Source: Thermomicrobiales bacterium (lineage in GTDB: Bacteria; Chloroflexota; Chloroflexia; Thermomicrobiales; JALYUS01). From it: DNA of 64,000 nt. Of the stretch, positions 42,579 to 51,989 are shown piece by piece. Made by a program: the position numbers and the translations under genes. The notes below the pieces were generated by a model. That model was not told the DNA's origin. It searched no databases and saw nothing but the letters and a program-made list of their open reading frames with translations. Every line of letters begins with the position of its first letter. The first letter of the stretch is position 1. Location of the stretch: assembly GCA_038231255.1 (NCBI GenBank), contig JBBRLR010000004.1, positions 17,489-81,488 of the forward strand, in the 5' to 3' direction.

Positions 42579-44912
42579 GTGGATCGTCCTGTCTATCCAG
42601 CGATTGATTCGACCCCGGAGATGGTGACGCGCGTCTACGACCGGATGAAGGCGAATCTGCCGATCATCCGGCAGCGCCTCGGTCGGCCGCTGACGCTGAT
42701 GGAGAAGATCGTCCTTTCGCACCTCGACGATCCCCAAGGGCAGGAACTGAAGCCGGGCGAGAGTTACCTGATGGTCCGGCCCGACCGCGTCGCCTTGCAG
42801 GACGCGACCGCACAGATGGCCCTCTTGCAGTTCGCGCAGGCGAATATCCCGCACGTCGCGGTGCCCTCGACCGTCCACTGCGACCACCTGATCCGCGCGC
42901 ACATCGGCGCGGACCCGGACCTTGCGGGCGCGACCTCCGAGAACAGTGAGGTATACAACTTCCTTTCGTCGGTCTCGCAGAAGTACGGCCTCGGTTTCTG
43001 GAAGCCGGGCAGCGGCATCATCCATCAGGTCGTGCTCGAAAACTACGCCTTCCCCGGCGGCATGATGATCGGCACGGACTCGCACACCCCGAACGCGGGT
43101 GGCCTCGGCATGATTGCCTCCGGCGTCGGTGGCGCGGACGCGGTGGACGTGATGGCCGGCTTCCCGTGGGAAGTGAAATACCCGAAGAAGATCGGCGTGA
43201 AGTTGACCGGCGCGTTGAACGGGTGGGCCGCCCCCAAGGATGTCATCCTCAAATTGTGCAGCATCCTCACCGTCAAGGGCGGCACGAACGCGATCGTCGA
43301 GTTCTTCGGCGAGGGATGCGCGACGATCTCCTGCACCGGCAAGGCGACGATCTGCAACATGGGCGCGGAGCACGGCGCGACGACCTCGCTCTTCCCCTTC
43401 GACGAGCGGATGGACCTCTATCTGCGTGGCACCGGGCGCGCCGCCCTCGCCGATCTGGCAAAGGCGAACCAGGACATGCTCGTCGCCGACCCCGAAGTCG
43501 AGGCGGAGCCGGAGAAGTACTTCGACCGCGTCGTCGAGATTGACCTGACCACCCTCGAACCGATGATCGTCGGGCCGCACACGCCGGACCTCGCGCGCTC
43601 CTTGTCTGAGATCACGGCGGCGGTCGAGTCGGAAGGCTACCCGGACCGGCTCTCCGCCGCCCTCGTCGGCTCCTGCACCAACTCGTCGTACGAGGACATC
43701 TCGCGCGCCGCCGCCGTCGCGCAGCAGGCCATTGATCACGGCGCGACGATGCGGACGAACTTCATGATTACTCCCGGCTCCGAGCAGGTGCGCGCGACGC
43801 TGGCGCGGGACGGGCAACTCGACACGCTGGAGCGGATCGGCGGCAAGGTACTCGCCAATGCCTGCGGCCCCTGCATCGGCCAGTGGCAGCGCGATGATCT
43901 CGCGACGCTGCCGCTCGTCACCGGCGCGCAGGCGAACACCGCGCAGCCGAAGCCGCGCAATTCGATCATCAACTCCTTCAACCGCAACTTCCCACGTCGC
44001 AATGATGGCAACCCGGACACCTTCTCCTTTATCGCCAGCCCGGAGATCGTCATCGCCTACGGGCTGGCCGGTCGCCTTTCTTTCAACCCGCTGACCGACA
44101 CGCTGGAAGCGCCGGACGGCAGCACCTGGCGCCTGGAGCCGCCCGCCAAAGCGCCCGACCTCCCGGCGGAAGGCTTTGTGACGGACACGACGGGCTTTGT
44201 GCCGCCCGCCGAGGACGGCGGCGACATCGAGATCACGGTGGACCCGAACAGCAAGCGGCTTCAGTTGCTTGCCCCCTTCCCGGCGTGGGATGGGCAGGAT
44301 TACCTCAACGCGCCCGTACTACTCAAGGTGCAGGGCAAATGCACGACGGACCACATCTCGCCCGCCGGGCCGTGGCTCCGCTTCCGCGGGCACATTGATA
44401 ACATCAGCGACAACATGTTCATCGGCGCGATCAACGCCTATAGCGGCGAGGCGGGCACAACCCGCAACGACCTAACTGGCGAGGAGAACATGCCCGTGGC
44501 GAAGGTCGCCCGCGCCTACAAGGAGGCGGGGATGCCGTGGATCGTCGTTGGGGACGAGAACTACGGCGAAGGCTCCAGCCGCGAGCACGCCGCGATGGAG
44601 CCGCGCTTTCTTGGCGCGGCGGCGATCATCGTCAAGAGTTTCGCGCGCATTCACGAGTCGAACCTGAAGAAGCAGGGCGTCCTGCCCCTGACCTTCGCGG
44701 ACCCGAACGACTACGACAAGATTCGCGAGGACGACCGCATTGACCTGTCCGAGATCGGCGACCTCGCCCCGAACGCGCCGGTGATGATGCGAGTGCGGCA
44801 CAGCGACGGGTCGAGCGACTTCGCCGAACTGAAGCACACGATGAACGAGGAGCAGATCGGCTGGTTCAAGGCCGGTTCCGCGCTCAATCTCCTCGCGCAG
44901 CGCACAAAGTAG
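42579..44912 (+). CDS. acn: Aconitate hydratase (mitochondrial-type, about 777 aa)
   Basis: LTLMEKIVLSHL, DRVALQDATAQMALLQF, GTDSHTPNAGGLG, NMGAEHGATTS, SCTNSSYEDI, NACGPCIGQW, NYGEGSSREHAA. GTG 42579 follows ggcgaggagga. Confidence 0.9.
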   Translation: MDRPVYPAIDSTPEMVTRVYDRMKANLPIIRQRLGRPLTLMEKIVLSHLDDPQGQELKPGESYLMVRPDRVALQDATAQMALLQFAQANIPHVAVPSTVHCDHLIRAHIGADPDLAGATSENSEVYNFLSSVSQKYGLGFWKPGSGIIHQVVLENYAFPGGMMIGTDSHTPNAGGLGMIASGVGGADAVDVMAGFPWEVKYPKKIGVKLTGALNGWAAPKDVILKLCSILTVKGGTNAIVEFFGEGCATISCTGKATICNMGAEHGATTSLFPFDERMDLYLRGTGRAALADLAKANQDMLVADPEVEAEPEKYFDRVVEIDLTTLEPMIVGPHTPDLARSLSEITAAVESEGYPDRLSAALVGSCTNSSYEDISRAAAVAQQAIDHGATMRTNFMITPGSEQVRATLARDGQLDTLERIGGKVLANACGPCIGQWQRDDLATLPLVTGAQANTAQPKPRNSIINSFNRNFPRRNDGNPDTFSFIASPEIVIAYGLAGRLSFNPLTDTLEAPDGSTWRLEPPAKAPDLPAEGFVTDTTGFVPPAEDGGDIEITVDPNSKRLQLLAPFPAWDGQDYLNAPVLLKVQGKCTTDHISPAGPWLRFRGHIDNISDNMFIGAINAYSGEAGTTRNDLTGEENMPVAKVARAYKEAGMPWIVVGDENYGEGSSREHAAMEPRFLGAAAIIVKSFARIHESNLKKQGVLPLTFADPNDYDKIREDDRIDLSEIGDLAPNAPVMMRVRHSDGSSDFAELKHTMNEEQIGWFKAGSALNLLAQRTK

Positions 44913-44941
44913 TCGGCAGAAACAGTAGGCAGTAGACAGAA

Positions 44942-44970
44942 AGGGCATCCGCGATGGATGCCCTCTTTCG
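44942..44970 (+). terminator. Rho-independent terminator after aconitase
   Basis: agggcatcc gcgat ggatgccct followed by ctttcg. Confidence 0.6.
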
Positions 44971-45010
44971 TAGTATCGATATTCTTCACGATGACGATCT
45001 GTTTCGCGTG

Positions 45011-45097
45011 GAGGGGCGCACAGCCGTGCGCCCGATTCCGTTCCCGAATCAGACGGTAGGAACCACCGGCGAGGGGCGCACGGCTGTGCGCCCCTAC
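45011..45097. repeat. Two copies of the gaggggcgcacRgcYgtgcgccc palindrome
   Basis: Two copies, at 45011-45033 and 45071-45097. Each is a self-complementary GC-rich hairpin. Confidence 0.8.
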
Positions 45098-45200
45098 CAA
45101 TATGGTTTTGTGCCGCTACAAATGTGCCGATACATAAGGTGGTATGACGCGGATAATGCGCGGAATCAGCCGGTGATCGGTTTGGAGGTGGGCGGGGTGT

Positions 45201-45386
45201 TTAGCCGGTTTCGCGCGCCCGTTTGTCCCGGTCGCGCCGCGAAATATCGTTGTCCGTCAGCCCTGCGAACCTGGGGGCGGCGGCTTCAATCGTCTCGCGG
45301 ATGGAGCGGGAAAGCTCCTGGATGAGCTGCAACTGATCTTCCACCGGCCACCGCAGTATTTCCGCCTTGATTTCCTCGTTGGTCAC
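45201..45386 (-). CDS. Small hypothetical protein (61 aa, charged, antitoxin-like size)
   Basis: ATG 45386 preceded by aaggaggg, with good third-position bias. No adjacent partner gene and no family recognised with confidence. Confidence 0.55.
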   Translation of the reverse strand: MTNEEIKAEILRWPVEDQLQLIQELSRSIRETIEAAAPRFAGLTDNDISRRDRDKRARETG

Positions 45387-45716
45387 TGCGTCCCTCCTTG
45401 GAGTGGTAACAACAAAGCGCTTATCGAGTTACCGTATCTGCACAAGCGGTGCCGCGACGCGATTCCGCTGCGATACCTGCCAAATACGATCGGATCATGC
45501 GCCGTTATTCAAATTGGCGAATTCCGCATGATCCACCTCGGCTGCAGTCGCGTACAGGATGATGAAAGATGCAATGCGGAGATGGTCGGCAGGCGCTGCG
45601 TGCGCACATGCCGCGATTGGGCAAAGCGTCGTCGTGGTCGTGGTCATCGTTGCGCAAGGTTCGCTACAATACGGCGCGGCACAGACGTATTCAGGGGTCA
45701 AAGAAAGGTCGTACAC

Positions 45717-46112
45717 ATGCCGATACAAACCCAGGGCCTCAGCCATCTCGCGATTCGCGTGACGGACCTCCCCCGGTCCAAACAGTTCTATTCCGAGACG
45801 CTCGGCTTCCCGGTGATGATGGAGTTCGGGGACATTGTCCTCGTCAATGCCGGTGGTATGCTGCTTGGGATGCGCGGCGGCAACCCGGAAACCGCACCGG
45901 GCGACCGGTTCAACCCATTCCGCGTCGGCCTCGAGCATATCGCGCTCGCCGTCGCCGACCCGGCGGAACTGGAAGGCTTGCAGCGGCAACTCGACGCGGC
46001 GGGGGTGCGCAATAACGGCGTGGAGGACGACTCCTCGACGGGTGGGCGGTACATCAGCTTCTACGACCCCGACGGCATCGCCTGGGAACTCTATTTCCTG
46101 CCGTCGCCGTAG
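45717..46112 (+). CDS. VOC family protein (glyoxalase/dioxygenase fold)
   Basis: GLSHLAIRVTDLPRSKQFYSETLGF and GLEHIALAV...YDPDGIAWELY. Start MPIQTQ at 45717. Confidence 0.8.
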   Translation: MPIQTQGLSHLAIRVTDLPRSKQFYSETLGFPVMMEFGDIVLVNAGGMLLGMRGGNPETAPGDRFNPFRVGLEHIALAVADPAELEGLQRQLDAAGVRNNGVEDDSSTGGRYISFYDPDGIAWELYFLPSP

Positions 46113-46218
46113 CGGCCTTTCCCGACGGTCCGCCGTCTCGCCTCACCCGCCCAGATCGGGTACAGTACCCGTCGTGTACCGTGGCCGATGCCGACAACGG
46201 GCGGGGAAGGGAGCGGAA

Positions 46219-46800
46219 GTGAAGCGAGAACTGACGGGGCAGGTCGCGCGCGTGCTGGTCGGGCGGGATACGGTATCGCTCGTCACGACGAGCGATACCA
46301 CAATCGAGATCACGATGGAGGGCGTCGCGGGCGATAAGCACGCGGGCATCACGCGTCTGTCGGACTCGCGGACGCCGTGGTTCACGCGCGGCACGGTGAT
46401 CCGCAACAGCCGTCAGGTTTCACTGGTCGCGGCGGAGGATTTGGAGCGGATCGCGGCGGCGCTGGAACTGCCGGTAATCGAGCCGGAATGGCTCGGCGCG
46501 AACCTCGTGCTGCGCGACATCCCCAACTTTTCGCACCTGCCGCCGGGGTCGCGCCTCTTCTTTCCCGATGCAGCGGTGTTGGTCGTGACGGAGCAGAACT
46601 TCCCCTGCGTCCAGCCCGGTCGGGTGATTCAGGAGCACTACCCGGACGCGGCACGGCTCGCACAGCAATTCCCGAAGGCGGCGCTCCACCTGCGTGGCAT
46701 CGTCGCCTGCGTCGAACATCCCGGCACGATCCGTGCGGGCGACACCGTGCGCGTGGACGTAATCGAGCAAGCAATCTATTGCGGCGTACCGAACGATTAG
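46219..46800 (+). CDS. MOSC domain protein
   Basis: GVAGDKHAG, RQVSLVAAEDLE, GANLVLRDI, NFPCVQPG. GTG 46219 follows gggaagggagcgga. Confidence 0.75.
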   Translation: MKRELTGQVARVLVGRDTVSLVTTSDTTIEITMEGVAGDKHAGITRLSDSRTPWFTRGTVIRNSRQVSLVAAEDLERIAAALELPVIEPEWLGANLVLRDIPNFSHLPPGSRLFFPDAAVLVVTEQNFPCVQPGRVIQEHYPDAARLAQQFPKAALHLRGIVACVEHPGTIRAGDTVRVDVIEQAIYCGVPND

Positions 46801-47450
46801 CTGCCGAGGGTATTGATCGCCCGCGAAACCAGCACCGCGACGACGACGAGCGAGATCAGGGATTGCATCATCATCAGCACCTTCACCTTTCGCGAGAGGA
46901 TCATGACGTCGGTCGGGCTGAAGGCTGCACTCGTATTGAAGGCTTGGAAAAGGTAGTCGAGGAAGAGCGGCGACCAGTTCTTTTCTTCCGCGTCGGGCAT
47001 CGTCATCTGCGGAAAAAGGAAATCGGTGCTCGTGTATCGCTTGATGTGGCGGGCATGAGGGCCGCCGCAGTCGAGCTCCCAGTACCAGATGGCGAAGACG
47101 AGGATGTTGATCCCCCAGATCAAGGCGCCGTCGCGTAGCAGATGCGTCGCGGGTGTCTTCCCACTCGGCAGCCGGACAATCAGGAGGACAGCACTCACGG
47201 TGATCGCCGCAGTCACCAGCGCCGAAAGCGCCATACCAAAGATGCGGACAAGCCGATAGTTGCCTGAGTAGCGCGCGCCATTGAGCGGGATGGCGAGGAG
47301 GACGATCAGCGCGGCAAGCAACCAGCGAGGACCGAGGCGAATATTGTCCGGTAACACGGCGTAGGCGCTACCAATGGCGAGGGCGGCGATTAGGGCTTCC
47401 CACCGTGGCGCATGACGCCAATGCCGTTCGTCTGCGGTTATTTCTTGCAT
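46797..47450 (-). CDS. DUF1345-like membrane protein
   Basis: Multi-pass membrane protein with LFLDYLFQAFNTSAAFSPTDV. Confidence 0.7.
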   Translation of the reverse strand: MQEITADERHWRHAPRWEALIAALAIGSAYAVLPDNIRLGPRWLLAALIVLLAIPLNGARYSGNYRLVRIFGMALSALVTAAITVSAVLLIVRLPSGKTPATHLLRDGALIWGINILVFAIWYWELDCGGPHARHIKRYTSTDFLFPQMTMPDAEEKNWSPLFLDYLFQAFNTSAAFSPTDVMILSRKVKVLMMMQSLISLVVVAVLVSRAINTLGS

Positions 47451-47609
47451 CGTCGCTACCTCCGCTACTACGGCGACTCTTCCCGTACGTACACCGCGTA
47501 TAGCGTTGCACTGATACGGCGATAACGCAAGGGGGAATCATGTGCGCGATGAGCCACCAGTGCAGGGCGCGGACGTTTGCCTCCGTCCATTACTCATTGC
47601 TCATCGCTC

Positions 47610-48869
47610 TCAGGCCAGCATCGGGTCCATGCCCATGACGGTGGCGCCGATCGGGATATTCGCCGCGTCGAGCGCCTGCATCAGGTCGCCGATGATGTCG
47701 CGCGGGTGCTCGATGCCCGCCGAAAGGCGCAGCAAGCCAGGCGAGATGCCCATCCGCTCCCGCTGCTTCGGGGAGACCTCGCGGTGCGAGGTCATCGCCG
47801 GGCAGGTGATGAGCGTGTAGACATCGCCGAGGCTGGTCGCCGGGACGCAGAGGCGCAGCGCGTCCATGAAGCGCATCACGTCCGCCTGCGTCGCATCCGC
47901 CAGTTCGAATGCCACCATGCCGCCTAACCAGCCCGGCTTGAAGAGCCGCCGTGCTGTCTCATATTGTGGATGGGAGGACAAACCCGGGTGGACGGTGCGC
48001 GCGATCCGGGGGTCGCGTTCCAGCGCGCGGGCGATCAGTCTGGCGTTGAGCATCTGCCGCCGCAGCCGGAGCGTGAGCGTCTTCAGGCCGCGCAGTACCA
48101 TATACGCCTCGTTCGCTGCCAGATTCGGGCCGAGCGTCCGCACGAGCGGGATCAGTGCATGCGCCTCGTCGCCCTTGCCGATCACGACGCCCGCGAGCGC
48201 GTCCGCGTGGCCGTTGAGGTACTTGGTCATGCTGTGGACGATGAAGTCCGCGCCATTGGCGAAACCGGAAAGCATCGGCGGCGGCGTGAAGGTGCCGTCC
48301 AGCACGACCCGCGCGCCGACCGCGTGCGCCGCCTCCGCGATGGCGGGCACGTCGGTAATCCGCAGGAGCGGGTTGGACATCGCCTCGATCAGGACGGCAC
48401 GCGGCTTCGTCTCGATGATCGCCGCACGGGTCGCCTCGGTGTCGGTCGTGTCCACGAAGGTGGATTCGATGCCGAGCGTACTGAGCACATTCACCAGGAG
48501 CGTAAAGGTCGCGCCGTACAGATCGCGCGCCGCCACAATCCGCTCGCCCGCGCCGACACCCGCCGCGAGCAGCGCGAGATGGACCGCCGCCATGCCCGAA
48601 GAGGTGGCGACCGCCACATCGCCCCCTTCGAGGGCGCGGATCGCTTCTTCGAGCGCCGTCACCGTCGGGTTGCCGTAGCGGGCGTAGACGTAGCCCTCCT
48701 GCTGCCCGGCGAAGACGGCGTCCAGTTCGGCGATCTCGTCGTACATGTAGGCGGCGGAGCGGTAGATCGGCGTGGAAACGGGCGTGAAGTTCGGCTTCGG
48801 CCCGCGCTCCCCGGCATGGACGGCCCGCGTACCGATATCCCACCCCGTCCTGTCGCGATTGGTCGTCAT
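47610..48869 (-). CDS. PLP-dependent Cys/Met metabolism enzyme (cystathionine gamma-synthase / methionine gamma-lyase family)
   Basis: TRAVHAGE, YARYGNPT, SSGMAA and HSMTKYLNGHAD (PLP lysine). ATG 48869 follows ggagg. Confidence 0.9.
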   Translation of the reverse strand: MTTNRDRTGWDIGTRAVHAGERGPKPNFTPVSTPIYRSAAYMYDEIAELDAVFAGQQEGYVYARYGNPTVTALEEAIRALEGGDVAVATSSGMAAVHLALLAAGVGAGERIVAARDLYGATFTLLVNVLSTLGIESTFVDTTDTEATRAAIIETKPRAVLIEAMSNPLLRITDVPAIAEAAHAVGARVVLDGTFTPPPMLSGFANGADFIVHSMTKYLNGHADALAGVVIGKGDEAHALIPLVRTLGPNLAANEAYMVLRGLKTLTLRLRRQMLNARLIARALERDPRIARTVHPGLSSHPQYETARRLFKPGWLGGMVAFELADATQADVMRFMDALRLCVPATSLGDVYTLITCPAMTSHREVSPKQRERMGISPGLLRLSAGIEHPRDIIGDLMQALDAANIPIGATVMGMDPMLA

Positions 48870-48925
48870 CGTGGCCTCCGAAGGATTGAGGATTGATACT
48901 CTCTCACGATAGCCATGGTGCAATG

Positions 48926-48965
48926 CCCTGCGTAGGGGCGATTCGTGAATCGCTCCTACGCAGGG
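48926..48965. repeat. ccctgcgtaggggcgattcRtgaatcgcYcctacgcaggg palindrome
   Basis: Near-perfect 40-nt hairpin between two minus-strand genes. Confidence 0.8.
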
Positions 48966-48980
48966 TACCACGCCAGAGGA

Positions 48981-50162
48981 TTAGGCGAGGACGCCTGCCG
49001 CGTACTGCGTGCCGATCGGGTCGTTTTCCGCCCAGCGGGTGGCGCGGAAGGGGTAGAGCGCCGGGGCCGCTTGTGGGCCACCGGTGATCAGATTCGCCAT
49101 CAGCGCGCCGAAAACGGGCGAGAGTTTGAAGCCATGGCCGCTGAATCCGACCGCGCAGAAGTACCCTTCGATGCCCGGCACGGCATCGAGCACGGGATGA
49201 TTGTCCGCACTGCCGTCGTAGATGCCCGCCCAGCCGCCCTGCGCGACCGACCGGGCGAGCGCGGGTAGCCGGTACGCGCCTTCCGCTTGGAACCGCTCGA
49301 TTTCGGCGCGCGTGACGCCCTGATTATACGTATTGGGGTCGGCATACACCGAGTCGTCCTCCCCTGCGATCGAGCCGCACAGCGTAACATCCCCGGCGTG
49401 CGGCAGCAGATAGGCGTTGCGGTGCATATCGAGGACGACGGCGTGGGGCGCGCGGGCATCGTCGGGGCGGCGGAGGGCGGCCATCGGGTGGCGGCTCGGC
49501 GCGATCGGCAGATCGAGACCCACTTGCCGAAGGAGCGCGACACCCCAGATATTCCCCGCATTGACGACGATTGGCGCGGCGATCTTCCCCGTGCTCGTCC
49601 GCACGCCGCGCACGCGGCCGCCCTCGTGCAGCACCTCAAGGACTTCGACGCCCTCGCGGATCGTCACCCCGGCGGCGCGGGCGGCATTCGCGTAGGCATG
49701 GACCGTCGCGACGGGATCGGCGTATCCCGCCGCCGGTTCCCAGCAGCCGAGGGCGATATCGTCCACCCGCAGGCGCGGATCGAGGGCGTGCATCTCGTCC
49801 GGCGTGACGATCCGCGTGTCAATGCCGATCCCTTGCTGCATCGCGACATTCGCCCGCAATCCGTCGGTATCCGCCTCCCCAACGGTGACGAGGACGCCGG
49901 ATTCGGTGAAGCCGGGATCGCCCCCGCCGATCCGATCCGCCCACTCGCGGAAAATCTGGAGGCTGTCGCGCGCCATCGCGGCGGTGAAGTCGTTGGAATA
50001 ATGCTGCCGGACAATCGCGCCGCTCTGCCCCGTCGTTCCCGCGCAAAGGTGCGCGCGCTCGACGAGCAGCACATCGCGCACGCCCGCTTTCGCGAGATGC
50101 AGCGCGATACTCGTCCCGATGCACCCGCCGCCGATTACCACCACGCCCGCCGTCTCCATCAT
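48981..50162 (-). CDS. FAD-dependent oxidoreductase (DAO / sarcosine-oxidase-beta-like)
   Basis: VVVIGGGCIGTSIALHLAKAG dinucleotide fold, C-terminal GFSGHGFKLSP. Confidence 0.85.
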   Translation of the reverse strand: MMETAGVVVIGGGCIGTSIALHLAKAGVRDVLLVERAHLCAGTTGQSGAIVRQHYSNDFTAAMARDSLQIFREWADRIGGGDPGFTESGVLVTVGEADTDGLRANVAMQQGIGIDTRIVTPDEMHALDPRLRVDDIALGCWEPAAGYADPVATVHAYANAARAAGVTIREGVEVLEVLHEGGRVRGVRTSTGKIAAPIVVNAGNIWGVALLRQVGLDLPIAPSRHPMAALRRPDDARAPHAVVLDMHRNAYLLPHAGDVTLCGSIAGEDDSVYADPNTYNQGVTRAEIERFQAEGAYRLPALARSVAQGGWAGIYDGSADNHPVLDAVPGIEGYFCAVGFSGHGFKLSPVFGALMANLITGGPQAAPALYPFRATRWAENDPIGTQYAAGVLA

Positions 50163-50190
50163 CGCGCCCTCCTTGTGAAGACCTATTGAA

Positions 50191-50385
50191 CCACGGCGGG
50201 AAATCGTGCGGCAACGGTCGCTAACCGGTACCGGCGCGGGCTATCCAGCGCAGAGCATCGAAGACCTCGCGCAGGGTCTGGTCACGCCGCGGGGCATCGC
50301 GGTGCATCAGGATCAAGGAGGAAACGACGAAGTTCCATTCGGTATCATCGACATCCGAGGAATACGATTTGCGTTGGGTATTCAT
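50191..50385 (-). mobile_element. Relic of an IS5-family transposase N-terminus (DUF4096-like)
   Basis: The minus strand reads MNTQRKSYSSDVDDTEWNFVVSSLILMHRDAPRRDQTLREVFDALRWIARAGTG, TAG, then RPLPHDFPPW. This matches the pattern YPSDLTDxEW...PR...LRxV.NA..Y..RTGCQWRxLPxDFPPW. Homology stops about 30 nt before the oxidoreductase start. Confidence 0.6.
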
Positions 50386-50606
50386 CTATCGAGTATACGC
50401 CGCCACCAAGTTCATAAGACCCGCTAATCCTCCTCAGACGAAGAAACTCTGCCTGCGCTCCCGTTTTCCTGCCACTCATCGGGGGTTGCAGTGAAGGTAG
50501 ACGGAGGTGGACTGACTGATCGCCATTCGTCGTACTGGTAGCTTTGAGCGTGGAGCACGTCCGAGAATCTCTGAAGCCATCTGCCGCTCACCGTCTCTTC
50601 GCGTGA

Positions 50607-51899
50607 TTACGCGACGGTCCACGTCTCGATGTCCGCCATGACGGCGGCGGGGGAGGGGAAATCGCGCGCGTCGCGGAGGAAGGCGCCGCTGGGCGGGAGG
50701 AGGGCAAGGATGTCCTTGCCAGGCAGGTGTTTGCCGAGAATCTTCGCCTGGATGTGCGCGGCGCCTTCGTAAATGCGGATCACGGCGGCGTCAGCGAAAA
50801 TCTGGGAGATCGGCATCTCTTTGGTGTAGCCCATGCCGCCGTGCAGCAGCATCGCTTCCTGCGCCGCCCAGAGCGCTGTTTCGCCCGCGACCAATTTCGC
50901 CAGCGACGCCCAGACGAAGCCCCGCTCGTCCCCGGCCTGTTCGTGCGCCGCCGCCTTGCGGACGAGCAAGCGCGCGATCTCGACCTGCCGCCGGATGATC
51001 TGGAGATGATTTTGCACTTCGGGGATGTCGGCGAGTTTCTTGCCGAACTGCTCGCGCTCCTGTGTATATTTCTCCGCCTCGTCCAGCGCGTGGCGGGCGA
51101 TCCCCGATCCCTGCGCGGCGACCCAGATGCGCGAGTGCTGTAAGGTGGATTCGATGATCTGCCAGCCCTCATTGACCGTGCCCATCAGCCCGTCCTCCGG
51201 GACGAAATGGTTCTGGAAAACGACCTCGCAGAGCTGGGAGCCGGGCTGGCCCAGTTTGTTGAAATCGGATGCCTCGACGGTTTCGACGCCCGGCCCGATT
51301 TCTGTCAGCAGCACCGAGATGCCCCGCCCCCGATCTTCGGGCCGACCGGTGCGTGTGGCGAGCATGATGACGGTGGACGCCGTCGCCGCAGTGATGAAGC
51401 GCTTCGCGCCATTGACGATCCAGCCACGCCGCGTCTCATCCCATGTCGCTTTGCAGCGGATCGCTTTGGCGTCAGAGCCGGTATTCGGTTCGGTCAGTCC
51501 GAAGCAGGCGATCACCTCGCCACGCGCCATGCGCGGGAGGTAACGGGCGCGTTGCGCCTCCGTGCCAAATTTGTTGATCGGGAAGGCAGTGAGCGAGTTC
51601 TGGACGAGGATGTTCAGCCCCAGCCCGGCATCGCCGCGCGCCAACTCCTCCATCACCGCCACCTGTTGCAGGGACGGGACGGCATTGCCGTCGTACTGCT
51701 CGGGAGTTTCCAAACCGAGCAGCCCGACCTCGGCGCATTTCTTCATCAACTCGTAGGAATAGTGATGCGGGTCCCGTTGCGCTTCTTTGAGGTAGCGCGG
51801 GAACTCGCGAATGACGAAATCCCGCGCGACGAGCGCAAACTCATCGGGGCGCTCGTTCATGACTTGACTGAGGATGGAATCAGTGTGCGTCGTTGTCAT
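50607..51899 (-). CDS. Acyl-CoA dehydrogenase
   Basis: CFGLTEPNTGSD, the C-terminal YEGAAHIQ, and overall ACAD architecture. Start MTTTHTD at 51899. Confidence 0.9.
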   Translation of the reverse strand: MTTTHTDSILSQVMNERPDEFALVARDFVIREFPRYLKEAQRDPHHYSYELMKKCAEVGLLGLETPEQYDGNAVPSLQQVAVMEELARGDAGLGLNILVQNSLTAFPINKFGTEAQRARYLPRMARGEVIACFGLTEPNTGSDAKAIRCKATWDETRRGWIVNGAKRFITAATASTVIMLATRTGRPEDRGRGISVLLTEIGPGVETVEASDFNKLGQPGSQLCEVVFQNHFVPEDGLMGTVNEGWQIIESTLQHSRIWVAAQGSGIARHALDEAEKYTQEREQFGKKLADIPEVQNHLQIIRRQVEIARLLVRKAAAHEQAGDERGFVWASLAKLVAGETALWAAQEAMLLHGGMGYTKEMPISQIFADAAVIRIYEGAAHIQAKILGKHLPGKDILALLPPSGAFLRDARDFPSPAAVMADIETWTVA

Positions 51900-51937
51900 A
51901 ATCGAATGGTACGCGCGGAGTCCGAATATTTCAAGGG

Positions 51938-51983
51938 GGTTCGAGGTGCGAAGATAGAGAGTCCGTTCCTCGAACCTCGAACT
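51938..51983. repeat. gttcgaggt / cgaacctcgaac hairpin repeat (copy 3)
   Basis: gttcgaggtgcgaag ... ttcctcgaacctcgaac. Confidence 0.65.
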
Positions 51984-51989
51984 CATTGC

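Noticed and set aside
45495-45647. 50-aa ORF MTTTTTTLCPIAACAHAAPADH... as a possible RiPP precursor.
   Set aside because: It has no RBS and no adjacent modification enzymes, and it is the tail of a shadow ORF (45495..45989) antisense to the VOC gene region.
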